Both the position numbers and the translations under genes were made by a program. From Dimorphilus gyrociliatus (taxonomy: Eukaryota > Animalia > Annelida), in NCBI GenBank assembly GCA_904063045.1, contig CAJFCJ010000006.1:4790408-4854407 (forward strand): 64,000 nucleotides of DNA, in the 5' to 3' direction. Positions within the stretch are counted from its first letter, which is position 1, and each line of letters opens with the position of its first letter. Under the pieces are notes generated by a model. It was not told the origin of the DNA. It made no database searches and was given only the letters and a program-made list of their open reading frames with translations. This document shows positions 24,901 to 37,800 of this stretch, piece after piece.

Positions 24901-27900
24901 TATAAAAAGGAAAAAAAGAAAATTCTGTAAATTGCAATAACAAAGCAAATTCTTCCTACGAGTCGGGACGATCAATATTCCCTTGAGCATCCTAGTTTTT
25001 TTTTCTACTACACAATACATCTCATTTAGATAGCAGGTAGTGTTTATAAAGCCACCTATTTTTAGAGAAAGTCGATTGATCAAAGAAGAAACGCGAAGAA
25101 AAGTTAACTAATAACTAAGTGCCTGCAAAGAAACGTTCTTCCGATCGTTTTATCGACTCGGTTGAAGGAGTCCGCAAACCGATAAAGACGCACGAAACTA
25201 CATTTTCCAGATTGAATCGGGAACGCCCCTCTCTAAATTATAGTCCAACGGAGACTTAAGAAACGGATATACTATCAAATTACTTCCTCTTCCCGTAGAT
25301 ATATTATATCTCTATCACTGTATAACAACCAGGACTATAGACAGCCGTATGCGGCGTCAACTATCGGTGACAGTTGCATCATTGTCTAGGGATTCTCGCA
25401 GTCAATATAATCTAGCTACTTCTTTCCGTGCCGTTTCTCCCTTCTCTTTTTTAATTCCTTAAAAGTATCAGAGGCAGGATAAGAAAAAAAATCAAGTCAG
25501 CGTAGGAAAAGAATAATACAAAAAAGTAAGAGAAAGCCAAACAACTAAACTCCATAACAAATGAAAAGAAAGCAGCGACAGGGGCTTAGGATAATCCTAT
25601 CAAGCGCCGTCTAAACGGCTTTCAACTGAGATAGGAAAGGAAAATTCTAGCATAGAAGATATATACCGTTTCCTTTTCGTAAGTAATCGTATCCACATAT
25701 TTTCTGAAAGTCACGCTTCTACGTTGCTGTCTGCGCCTACACCACGTCCACATGACAATCATTTGAACAGATAACGATGATGGAAAAGATGCTCTTATCC
25801 ATTATTTAATATTGCGTTCATTCTGATTTTTTTTTCCACTGACACAAAACAGACGGAGGAGGAGAAATCGTGATTTTGCTGTTACAACGGAAATGACGTA
25901 AACGAAAAGTCAAAGAACAATAATCCATCACGACCGTCCTGCACCATGCATGTGTCGTGTGGCGCTACAATACGTCAGTTACTTAGCAGGAACAACAATA
26001 CTGCAGTGTCGGGACGTATTTAGGCTATTAAGTTGGCCGCTAGTTAGCGCTGGGAAAATCCGAGAATAAATGACGTAAAGCAAGCCGATGAAGCCACCCA
26101 GTACGCTCCCGCATCCAATATTCATGAAGGAAACCGACTCAAAAATTCCATCTCATAGAGATAGCCCGTCTAAAAACACTGCCGTTCACGGCGGACGTTT
26201 ACTTTGCGCAAAAGGGAAAAAGATGAGAACACAAATAGTGGCAGAGAAACAAGAGTGGGGCGCTTCATATAGCCTACCTAGATTGCGCCATCTATCGCTA
26301 GTAGCGACTCGAAATGAAAAAAAAATAGAACCAACATAAACTAAATATCAACTAACCTGCTGATTTGGCGGCTCACGGAGTTTCATTGGTAGAGTTGATT
26401 GTTGCATTGCTTCCTTGTACTCCTGAGAAGGCTTTTGTTGCAAGGGCAATGTATGGGATCCATTGTCGACAACTTCGGGAGGAGGTGGTGGTAATTCCAC
26501 GCTATTATTTTAAAGAAAAAGGTACTTTCAAAGAAAGATAAAAACGCACTTCTAAAAGCCTAAAAATACAAAAAAATTAGCAGGACGCCTGTAATTCAAT
26601 AATTTCTTCTTATCCCTTGACGAGCATAAAAAAACGTGCCGAGCGGAGAATAGGTATAGAAATGAAGCTAATCATCGCCCAGACGTATGACCTAGTTGAT
26701 TTTCCAACCATCCACAAAAACTCCCCAACTACTCGCTAAAAGGTTTTATTTAATTGCCACCGACGACGATCTAAATAAAATATGAGGGTAGACGGTCTAA
26801 TTGATTACCGATCGGAAAAAAGAACGGACGTTCGAAGACGTAAGAACATGATTTAGTTAGTTGGAATAAGGAAGCAACAAATTTTTCAAGTTCAAGGAAT
26901 GAAAAGTTAATACAAACCTATCGACCGATGGTTGCTTTCTGGTTTCAATTACCGTCGCTTGTTGTTGCCTCGCGACACTGGTCGTGATTGGTGGCTGATT
27001 CTCCCATCGTGACGCTATTTGCAGAGTCTCTAACGTCTTTTGCTGAGTTGTCTTCTTCTCATCCAGCAATGTTATTTCATAAAATTCTTGTATATCTGTA
27101 AAGTGGCTTTACTCTTAAAATTTTTAGTATGGTTTATTCTCGATGGGCGACTGGGCCAGCAATCGATAAAAGGCTTAGTAAAGCCGTTAACATCGTTACT
27201 TGACCAACCGTCACTCCTCTTATTAACAAACGCCCGCCCCGAATTTGCTATTGGCAATATAAGCACCGTTACATTCTCATTATCAGGACTAGTTTATATG
27301 GATTATATCAACAATCCTGCGTTAACCCCATTCTCCTAACCCTTCCCCTTTTTCTCTTCATCATTATATTCCTCTTCGTGCCATGATTCACGAGGGGGAA
27401 TGTTTCTAAATAAAAGGCTATCGCACTTAGTCTTAATCGATCATATTTTTTCACTTTCTAACTTAAACAATTCGGATTTTATATATCTTTTAAAAATTGT
27501 TAAATGTTTTTTTTTCTGGCGTTCTTTCCTCTCCATTTAGATTAGAATAGAATTTGCATCTTTACACAGATAAGCAACTGACTATCTATGTTGGGCAAAA
27601 CCATTTCTGCTTGTAAAATAATAAAGAAGAATAAATTCTAGATAGATAAATACTCGCTCTATCTCTTGTCTACGTTAAGCTTAGATTAAGGTTCTTGATA
27701 AGACGTAAATGAGAATACTCTTAACTTACCGAGTAGAGCTTGAAAAAGGCGACTTTTAAATATCCTTATCACCCTTTCGATCGCTGTTCTGAGCGGTCTG
27801 TCGTGAGGTTTGTTGAGCTTTCTGTGATACTCTTCAAGTAATTCCAAGGCTTTGTGTGCATCTGTAAATAATCGCCGAGTTTATATTTTGGAGAAATTAT

Positions 27901-27938
27901 CGACAAATTTCCCACTAACCTTGTTTCTTTACTGGCAT
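21905..27938 (-). CDS. DLG1: Discs large MAGUK (L27, PDZ1-3, SH3, HOOK, GUK)
   Basis: L27 exons [22 protein letters not shown]...[17 protein letters not shown]; three GLGF-type PDZ domains; SH3 [11 protein letters not shown]; [37 protein letters not shown]; C-terminus VWIPAKERL*. Confidence 0.96.
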
Positions 27939-28580
27939 CCTCTTATCCGTTCTGACAGGTATGATAACACCTGGTGACTATCCAAAATCAAAAGATCTTT
28001 CAATGCACTACCATATAATCACAAAATTATTATATGAACTGCAATACTTTGCAATAATATTGCCTTTTCGATATCAATAAGTGTTAGATGAGCTCCGAAA
28101 TTGCAAATTTCACGCAGTTTCACGCTGATTCGGCCACCGAGCGAAAATGGCCGCGATGGCGGATCGGTAAATATGCTGTCACGTGACACAAATGATTGAT
28201 CGCAATGGTAGTAGAAAAATTTTACATTTTTATTTATCGGTTAGCTAAACAATCTTAGCTTATTTAAAAGCCTTTTTAACGAGAGAAATTTCCGAATAAA
28301 ATTAACGCTCCCTAATTCCCGCCAATTTCCGAATAAAAAAAAATCGACATTTTCGTATAAAATACAAATAACGGTATAATTTTTTATTCTTATCAAAAAC
28401 ACTTCATGTTTACGTTGGAAAGATTTTTGCATTTAATCAACAAGAGTATTTTAAGACAAATTTTTCGCAGTTTAAAAATTCAAGGACTGATTTTATTTAT
28501 CATTCGTTAAACCATTTTTTTCATACATATTAGAATGAACAATGAAATCAGTCGAAAATGCTCCTAGTCAATATCAAGTT

Positions 28581-31500
28581 TCATTCATTTTTTTCAGTAT
28601 AGGTTAATATAAGTTCATCTCCATCATTAAGTTCTGCAAAATTGATCTCTTCTTTGTTACTCAATTGTAGAAGAGCACTGAACACGTAAGGTAAACTTGT
28701 GTAACCGTCCCGAACCTTATCGTCTCGGTCACATAAATATTGGTATAGGCCCGAAAAATTCTGAGTTTCCTGATCCGACTCTTTTTTATCAGGACCTTCT
28801 CCTTTTTCATCGAAGTCAGCCATTGGTAAAGGTGCAGGATATTTGAGGTAGCTTGTGATTTTTGCCTTCAGTTTTTCAATGTTAACGTCTCGCGCTTTCT
28901 TTTCGTATTGAAGTTCCAGTCGTGCAAGTTTAGTGGGTGGTGTAACCAGTTCTCCTGCTAATGATCTAACAGCTGCAAAAGATTGAACAGCAACAGTTTC
29001 ATCAAATCCTTCACCTTCAAACATATTTGGCTCCGCATCTCCACCTGCGTCATCGTCATCATTTGCGTCATCCTAAACAAGAAGTTCAAGATATATGATA
29101 AAAACGGATACACAGAAATTTGCTTCATATTAAGACATACCAATCCAATGTTTTCTCCACCAAATAATGTTTCTTGGGCTTTTGTTTCCACATTAACGCT
29201 ACTAAAACTTTCAGCAACGCTTGTTCGTCGTTTTTTCTACCAGTTCAATTGATCTAAATCTTAACTTGACAGATATTTAAAAATACCTACAATAAGCCTC
29301 CTATTGTTTTCGACCATGGCCCGAACGTCTAAAAGATCATATAATAACTGTAATTTGTTAACGATCACCGATTCTCTGCTATCGCTCTCTGATGTGTTTA
29401 CACGTTTCTTAAGTTGAAATAGCTGTCAAAGCAAATGTTAAGCATCAAAACAATTCACCAATAAAAAAAGCTTAAAAAAATTAGTACGTCAGAATAGCGG
29501 CGGGTGTCAGGTAACAATTCACAATCATAAAAGAGAACCCTCCTTTTCTTTTTAACGTCGACAGATGGTTTCTCTAAAACAAAATTTTATTGATTTTTAT
29601 GCGGGCAAAAGTTATCAGAAAGAAACTAATAGAACCTAAACAGAAAAAAACTTGTTTTCTCGCTTAAATTGGTCTCATCAAAAGCTAGTAAACTACCTGA
29701 TTTGTGAAAAATTTCAGCACAAAATCAGATATTTACTGGCTCTTGGCTAAATCCAGTGAACGAGAACAAAGAGTTAAAGCAAAGGAAACATTGAAAAGTA
29801 TGTTTCTTAATAAATCCGACGTAGGTAAGTACTTGATTTGTTCAATCAGACAAACCAAACACTAACCCACGTAGGCCTTATTTACGTCATGGTATAGAGT
29901 GATAGTATAGAGTAATCAACTTTGTTCGCGAAAATCAGTAAAAGAAAACAAGAACACTAGACTAAGTCACATCTAAATACCTACTTGACTCTTCTCCTTG
30001 AGCTTTTATAAATATTATAATGCATTTCAATTTTTAAGATATATTTATATACATAGATAAATAGAACATTGGCAATTTTTAAGTCTTAAGCTTACGTGAT
30101 CGTGGTCTTCGCTTTTTTTTCCATAGTTGTAAAAACTCGGAAGGATCAGATAATGTACTTCTGAAATCAAAATGAATATTTAAATAGATTTTCATACAAT
30201 TTTAATTATCTCACATAGTTGTATTGCTTTCAGTTGCAGAAGGGCGCGGTGATGAAATTGAGGCTTCACTTTCGCCCACAACACTTAGGTGATCATCATC
30301 ACCGTCGTCAGCAGAAATGCTGTCTCGAACGTCTTCTGCCTAATATTTTCATTCCTAATGATAATGATTTTTCAATTTCAAGAAACTTACTGGAAGCTGA
30401 GTAGGAGGCATTGAATAATTAAAAGACATCCCCTGGTTGACATCCTCTACAGATTCATCGACTCTATTTCTTGCTTGCTCCGGTTCCGGATGGGAAACCT
30501 ACAAATTCTGGCGTAAAGGATGAAGTTCATGTTATAATATTGCTTACATTCATTCCGGAAAGGAAAGAAAAGCAGCGGATATCGGGTAAAATAGCTTTGA
30601 CATTTTTCGTAGTGTTTAGTAACTGCCTGCAGTTAACGGTAAAATCCTCCATTTTACTGGGGTTCTGGCACAATAACGAGTCTTTTTCCGCAAAAAGTGG
30701 CACTAAAGAATCTTGTTCATGGCGACCAAGCATATGAGACATTCCACGTTTAGTATCGGGCTCATATTCATATTTCCGACGTAGACGAAAACTAGTATCC
30801 TACAAAGAAATTTTAACTTTTAGTGTATAAACATTTCACGTTCCTTACTTTAACTCCAGAGTTATCTGCACTATCCGTGATGTTGTCAAGATTCTTTGCA
30901 ATACTATCCTTCTTTCTTAATTTTCTAGTTTTCCTTTTATCTTTTTTTCTGTAAAAATACAAAAAGTATTTATTTCTCACAAATATGACCGCCTTCTATT
31001 ATTACTTTGTAGTTTCTTCATCTTGATTTTCCTCAGTTCCCATGTCTTGTTCTATTTCATGGGCACCATCTAATCGAAGAAATTTTGAAAATTAAATGAT
31101 CAACACAAATGTGTTAATTACTTACCAACACTTGTTCGTCTGTTTCTTTGCATATCTTGTATATATCGTCTGGTGTCGTGATGAACTGTATCCACACGAT
31201 AGGCATAAATCTTTGTATTGGCGCCAAGAGCAGAGCTTGCTTTCTGAAATAGTAATTATTTATATATTGAAGCAGATTTTTCAATGAAAACGAACTTGGA
31301 ATGTATCAGCTTGGTCATCTTTTTTCCAGACTTTTTTCATAGTCACGTCTGTAAGCATATTCAATTGGAAGCAGTTCCGTTTTGTCAGTTTCTAAAATAA
31401 ACATACTAAATTAGATATAAATTCTTCAAGTAGAGTATTGAAGACGTACTTACATTGTCGGATACAAATTTAACGGTGTTATTAAATTGCCGCATGCATT

Positions 31501-32386
31501 CTTCGGTTAGAATGCTTGCTGGCCCACCCACGCTTTTACTAGCAGATGATATTGAAGTGGCCATCATTGGAGTTAAAGGTACATTTTTGCGTTTAATCGG
31601 ATGTTCTTCCGCAATATCAGCAACAAAGGCTGTGACGAGACCTGATCGTCTTCTACGTAAAAGAAATATTTTTAATTACCTTCAGATGCTAAATTATAAG
31701 CATGGATAAGGTGGGTTTTATTATTAATAGGAGAAACTAACAAGCAGCCCCTAAATGAATACAAAAGAGAAATTTTGATACTTCAAGTAACATTGACAAA
31801 TTTTCTAAGACATTAGTAAATCATTTACAAAGAATGTACTTACTTACATCATTCATTCTATTCGATGAAGGCAATAAAAAAAATAATTATTATCTTAGCG
31901 AAGTTCCGTATCTTTTGTTTAAATTTTAAATAAACTAAAAAATGAATTAAACAATTATAAAAACAAAATTGTGTGAATGGGCATATAAAAATATATTCCC
32001 TTATGTTATATAAAATAGATGATAAAGCTTTTCATATGTAAATAAACTTCTTATAGTTTAAATATATGCATGCTAAAATTCTATCTGTACTTTATCAATA
32101 TCATAAAAGAAGTTTATTCGTATATGGTAAAGGTTTATACACATTCGTGTTATAAATTATACTATTGAAAAACTACATATGCATGGGAGGAGGTAGATAT
32201 TAGAGGTTTTGTTATACGCTAAAATCTATCTACATATCATCAGCTACTACAAATTGTTACTCATTTCCTAATAAAGCAAATAGTGGAGTTGATGTATATA
32301 ATTGTACTGTAAAAAAAATATATTTACTCGCTATAACCTCCTTACCGTATTGAATTCGATGAGTTGTTGTCTTTGGCCACAGGCAT
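28581..32386 (-). CDS. NCAPH: Condensin I kleisin subunit (Barren/CAP-H), divergent
   Basis: N-terminal FNNTVKFVSDN/KLTKRNCFQL...TFQ/KASSALGANTKIYAYRVDTVH; C-terminal ELQYEKKARDVNIEKLK...SLPYVFSALLQLSN; multi-exon, including a 22-nt microexon at 30002-29981. Confidence 0.85.
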
Positions 32387-32848
32387 TTCGACCCTGTTCT
32401 CCTGAAAAGTGAAAATCGTTTCAGATTGTTTATACGAGAATTAGCAAGCTTCCAACGCAGATTAATAGTACGACGTAAGCTAACATACTATCAATTCAAA
32501 TATTAGCTAATTGTGTTTTAGCTAAAAATCATAGTACCTTGTTCTTTAAAAAATCAATTAAATTACAGCCAAAAACGAGTAATTTAGCAATTTATACGAT
32601 TATCAACACGCGTACTATAACGCGAAGTAATACAAAATGGCGGATAGAATGTAGGCAACTAAAACTTTTTTAATTCTTCGTTATCCGCTTTCATCTAATG
32701 TTTCACTAATTTCCTAGCTTGACTATGAGTAAAAATTTAGAATTTAGTTCTATCCTGAAGTCCTAAAATATCGTTATGAATCAGAAATTTTCAAAAGATT
32801 GAGTCAACTTACCCAGTGGCGGTTAACCGAAATGCAATGGCGCCCTAT

Positions 32849-32860
32849 TTCAAACGCGGC
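32849..32860 (-). promoter_or_regulatory. CDE/CHR-like element (GCCGCG TTTGAA) at the NCAPH 5' end
   Basis: Motif lies just upstream of a short UTR exon ending in G/GTAAGT; function inferred from the MuvB/DREAM model. Confidence 0.4.
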
Positions 32861-33289
32861 GTTAGTTCGGTTTGTACCAAAGCGAACTATAACATTCAAA
32901 CATCGAAACGGTTGCAAAAGATTTTATCAATAATATAGTAACTTAATTTTTTTCCTTGAATAATTTAATTATTAAAGTACTTTCCTAAAAATATTTCCAA
33001 AAATTTACAAGAAATACTTACGTTTAAGAAGAAAATCGTTAATTTTGTTGTCTAGAAGCTTCGTTCCAGCTAAAGCGTCCTATGTTGAGTTAGTTTTCTC
33101 TGGCTGAAAGGGTCATAAATTCTACGCGGGCTTTGTATTATTTGTCATTTTTAGTATTAATAATTTGTTGGTTACGTTTTGAAAAAAAATTAACATTAAT
33201 TATAAAAGAATTTTTTTTTGTTTTATTATACCAAAAAGAATAAAGTAGGTGGCGTTGATTAATTCGTTGAAACTTAGAACACCCTACCT

Positions 33290-33670
33290 ATGAAAAGAAC
33301 CAATAAGAGTGGCTTTCTGCCCCCTGGCAAAAAGAAACAAACCGGCGAGAAACAAGATTTTTGCGATGAGGAGAAAATAAAGTCTTTGGAAGTCTTAAAC
33401 AAATTCTATGAAGATAAGTTGCGGCAATTGCAAATAGTAGAATCGAATGCTAGAAAGGTATTAGATTTTTAAGTAGACATACGAAAACATTCATAAACCA
33501 CTTCAAAGGATTCTTTGGGAGAATTGGAAAGGCTAACGAACAAATGGAAAAATGTTTGTTTGAAGGCAGTAGAGGAGCTAGAAGAATGGTATAAAGAACG
33601 TAATATTCCGGCGTCTCACGAGAATTTAGGACTTAGCGAAAAACTTTATGAGTTTATTAAAAACGAGTAG
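33290..33670 (+). CDS. SFR1: SFR1/Mei5-like recombination mediator, 109 aa
   Basis: Exons 33290-33457 and 33509-33670. KLRQLQIVESNARK/DSLGELERLTNKWKNVCLKAVEEL resembles the Sfr1/Mei5 C-terminal domain (LxxLIxKW motif). Confidence 0.65.
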
Positions 33671-33766
33671 GATGCTTGTTTATTCAGAACTAATAATAAG
33701 CAATACTGCTACATAAATACGAAATATCACTGTTTACAAACTTGAACTTCGTTTAGACTAGTCTCT

Positions 33767-34553
33767 TTAAGACGACCATTCAAAATCCCAAGATATTTCA
33801 TTCTTCTCTTTCGCTTCTTCGGTTGGGATCGGTGATGGGGGTGAGGTATCTTTTAAATTTAAAATTTCTATAAGATGAAACGTGGCATGAAAATTTTTGA
33901 AATATTACCAAAAAAAGGTAAATTAGGACTTTCCATATGTTCTAGTTCAGTTTGTGAGTCCATTCTACGATAGACACTCGGTTTCCAGCTGATTATGTCT
34001 TTCAAATAGGAAGTAATTCTCTCACTCTTGGGAATAACGTCCTCATAAGTGTCTGTTATATGGAAAATTCTTAATAAAAACCCCTTGTGTAATTGAGTAT
34101 TATAACTTTTTTACCATCTTCCATCTGAAGAGCATTTTCAACTTCTTCATCATTTTTTCTTGCTAGTGACTTTTGTGTTTCTACCACTTTCTGTGGTGAA
34201 CTCTCTAACATTGTATAATTCTTGTCCTTCTTCATTATTTTCGAAACTGATCTAAACTTTGAAGTCTGGAAGTAAATTAAGGTTAAGAGAATGATATTTT
34301 CCTATAACTGAGAATTTTTTTTACCTGTAATGGTTTAGCTAAAACATTCAAACTTCCGAACGACAATTTCGGAATGCTAAAATTTTTCGTATCTGAAAAC
34401 AAGTAAACAGTGAAGAAAGTGAAAACACATGACGCTTTCAAATATACCGGAAGATTTCTTGGTCTGCGAAACATTTTTCTTTGTACAAATGTTCTCATCT
34501 TCAACATGAACCTGCTTATTGTAGCTTTCTGTTGATGCAATTTTGGCAGACAT
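33767..34553 (-). CDS. 189-aa five-exon low-complexity protein; candidate divergent securin (PTTG-like)
   Basis: Exons 34553-34448, 34392-34325, 34265-34115, 34052-33909, 33867-33767 are phase-consistent (570 nt). The gene model is solid; the securin identity is tentative. Confidence 0.6.
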
Positions 34554-34606
34554 ATTTTAAGCTTGCAATATTTTTTAAAAGAAAACTCGACTCTATTTAT
34601 CTAGTT

Positions 34607-34805
34607 TTCAAACTGTGAGAATAACAACCAATCAAAATATTTCTTTAATATTTTAGTATGGCTCAGTGATCCTTACGTCAAAATTTTCAATTATTTTCAG
34701 TATTTACTCCTGACCAGTTTAAATATCTAACGAATCAGCATTCAGAATTTTGTAAATGAAATGAATTTGGATCAGGCTTCGTGATTGGTCACACTTATTT
34801 TTGAA
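34607..34805. promoter_or_regulatory. Bidirectional promoter with mirrored CHR and CCAAT elements
   Basis: TTCAAA 34607-12 with CCAAT 34628-32 on the left; ATTGG 34784-88 with TTTGAA 34800-05 on the right, between ATGs at 34553 (-) and 34877 (+). Confidence 0.45.
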
Positions 34806-34876
34806 GTTTTCACGAGCGTTTTTAGTAGTTGTTTTAATATTTCTTCTAGAAACAGTCTTTAAAACTTATTAAGACC

Positions 34877-37800
34877 ATGAGTAAATTCAAGGATGACAGT
34901 AATCAGAATATTAACGTCTTCGTCAGATGCAGGTACGTACGTAAAATTTTTTTTATATCTCTGTAATATGTATTTTTATTGAGCAGACCACTCAGTGAGT
35001 CTGAGAAGAAAAATGGCCAATATAGTATCGTTCAAAGTAATCCAGAGAAACGTGAGATTGTTGTCAAAGAGAAATCTGGCTATATGTCCACTACAAAAAC
35101 CTTTAGCTTTGACCGCGTTTTCTCGCCAAAGGCTAAGCAGATTGAAGTGTATAAAGCGGTTGTTCAACCACTTTTGGACGAAATTCTTTTAGGTTACAAT
35201 TGCACTGTTTTTGCTTATGGACAAACTGGAACAGGAAAGACATTTACAATGGAAGGTGACCGATCGAACGACCCATCTCTGAGCTGGGAAAATGACCCTT
35301 TGGCTGGTATTATTCCAAGATCAATGTCTCAACTGTTCTCAAGATTACACAGTCAAAGCTTTGAATTTACCGTTAGAGTATCGTATTTAGAAATTTATAA
35401 CGAAGAGTTAATAGATCTCTTAGGTGGTCAAACAGCTGTTCCACCACGTCTTAAAATATATGAAAGTTCTGATAAAAAGGTAAAAATATTATTTTGTTAA
35501 ATATTAAGTAATTTATTATTTTAACTATTTAGGGATCGTGTAAAATTCAAGGATTGGAGGAAGCTCATGTGAGAGATAAGCATGACGTTTATCGAATTCT
35601 TGAACTCGGTTCAGCTAAACGGCAAACAGCAGCTACTAATTTAAATGCCCACTCAAGGTAACAAATATTGCAGATTTTGTCATTGCTAGTAGCTCATTCG
35701 TTATTTCCACATTTCAGTCGTTCACATACACTTTTCATGGTAACTGTTCATATGAAGGAGTCAACTATAGAAGGTCAAGAACTTGTTAAAGTGGGAAAGT
35801 TGAATTTGGTTGATTTAGCTGGATCTGAATGTGTCGGTAGATCTGGTGCTGTTGCGAATAGAGCTAGAGAAGCGGGTAAGTTTAAAGAGTTGATAAATAA
35901 GTTAATATTTAATGTTTATGGGAATTTCAGGAAATATCAATCAATCTCTACTAACTCTTGGTCGCGTAATAACGTCATTGGTAGAACATGCTCCTCATGT
36001 TCCTTATAGAGAAAGTAAACTTACAAGACTTCTCAGAGATTCATTGGGAGGTAGGACAAAAACTTCTATTATAGCAACACTTACCCCAGCTTCCGGAAAT
36101 CTAGAGGTGAGTGCCCTCAGAAGAGTCGCGGTCGTTTCAAGTAATTTTGTTGTTTTGCAGGAAACATTAAATACGTTAGACTATGCTCATCGTGCTAAAA
36201 ATGTTATGAATAAACCTGAAATAAACCAAAAAGTTCAACAAAAAGTGTGCCTTCGAGCATACGGAGATGAGATTGAGCGTCTTCGGAAAGATTTGCAAGC
36301 AGCTAGAGACAAAAATGGTGTATTTATTGAAGAAGAAAATTATCAGTATGTTATGCTTGTTTCTTGTATTTTTCTTATAAATTACAATGTGGATAAAAAA
36401 TAGGGCTATGATTGCTGACGGGCATCATAAAAGTGAGCATATAAGAGAATTAGAAGAAAAGCTACAATTTATAATTGATGAGAAAATTAAGGTAATTTAT
36501 AGAAAAATTTTATATCATATCTTGCTTATATATCATTTTTTATATAATTAATAGTTTGAGGAACTATTTTTGGAAAAAGAAGAACGTTTAGAGGAAGAGA
36601 AAGAACATCACGCCGAAACGAAAGATCGTCTAGATAAGATGGAAGATGTAGCGTTTCAGGCTAAAGTCTCTATCGCTAGAACTAGAGCTGATAGATGTGC
36701 AAAGAATCATTTAGTGGAAAAGCAAGTCGATACGGAAACAAAATTAACCGAAGAGGCCAAAAAAGTTATGAATACTGCTGATGAATCCGTATCAGATGTA
36801 CAAAAGCTTCAAGATAAGGTAATTATTATGTTAATTTTAGTATATAAACGAAAAGGTCGTTCTTATACATAATTTCTCAATCTGATAGGTTGATAGAACA
36901 AAGAAAACGGAATCTACGAATGCTGATAATGCAGATATGTTTATGTAAGTTTGATTAAAGAATAATACTGAACGTAATTTTAAAAGATTAATGGAAATAT
37001 TTTTAGGCAAAAAATATCTACAACTTGTACAGAGATGCAAGAACGCTTCAACGGTCTCTATAATAATCACGATTCGGAGATTAAACAGTGTTTTGAACTT
37101 ACTGGTGAGTATAGAGGAATTTCTATATATTTTTTATAGTTAAGCATTAATCAATCTTTGTTAAAAGCTTCTCTTAGCGAATCCAATAAAAGAAATTTTG
37201 AAGATTTGAGTGCAAATCTTAAAGATTTTATAAGTCGATCAGCCGAAAATCATTCTTCTCACATGGGTAAACTAGAGGAAATAAAGAAAACTTGCACGGA
37301 TTCTTCTAACAAGCAAATGATAGAAATAGAAACCGCTTTAAAAGAGGAAATGGAAAAAGCAACCACTCAATGGAATCAAGTTATGGAAAATTTTGAAGAT
37401 TTATCAGAAAGATTAGATGTACAAATAAACAAGTTTAGCAAATTATCTGAAAAACTATTAAAACAGGTTAAATTTTCTTTATTTATTTATCTCTTTCTTT
37501 TCTACAAGTTTTGTCTAATTAAAATTAGAACGATGAGATAAAGACTACTCAAAAAGACCAAAAATGGCAATTTGATGACCTTTTAATGGATACAAAATTT
37601 AAATTGGAAGAGACTGTAAAGAATTTTGTATCGACTGTCGATAAACACGGAAAAACAGCTAAGGATATTCATGAGCAACGAAAGCAAGTTGATGAGGTTT
37701 GTTTCTGAATTTGTTTTAAGACTAATTGTTAATTAACTCATTTTTATCCATTTTGTAGGAAGTTTCTCAGTTGAATAATCAAGTAGAAGAAGATTACAAT

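Noticed and set aside
26088-26339. 83-aa plus-strand ORF in a DLG1 intron
   Set aside because: Short, no family features, in a GC-richer regulatory-looking region where such ORFs arise by chance
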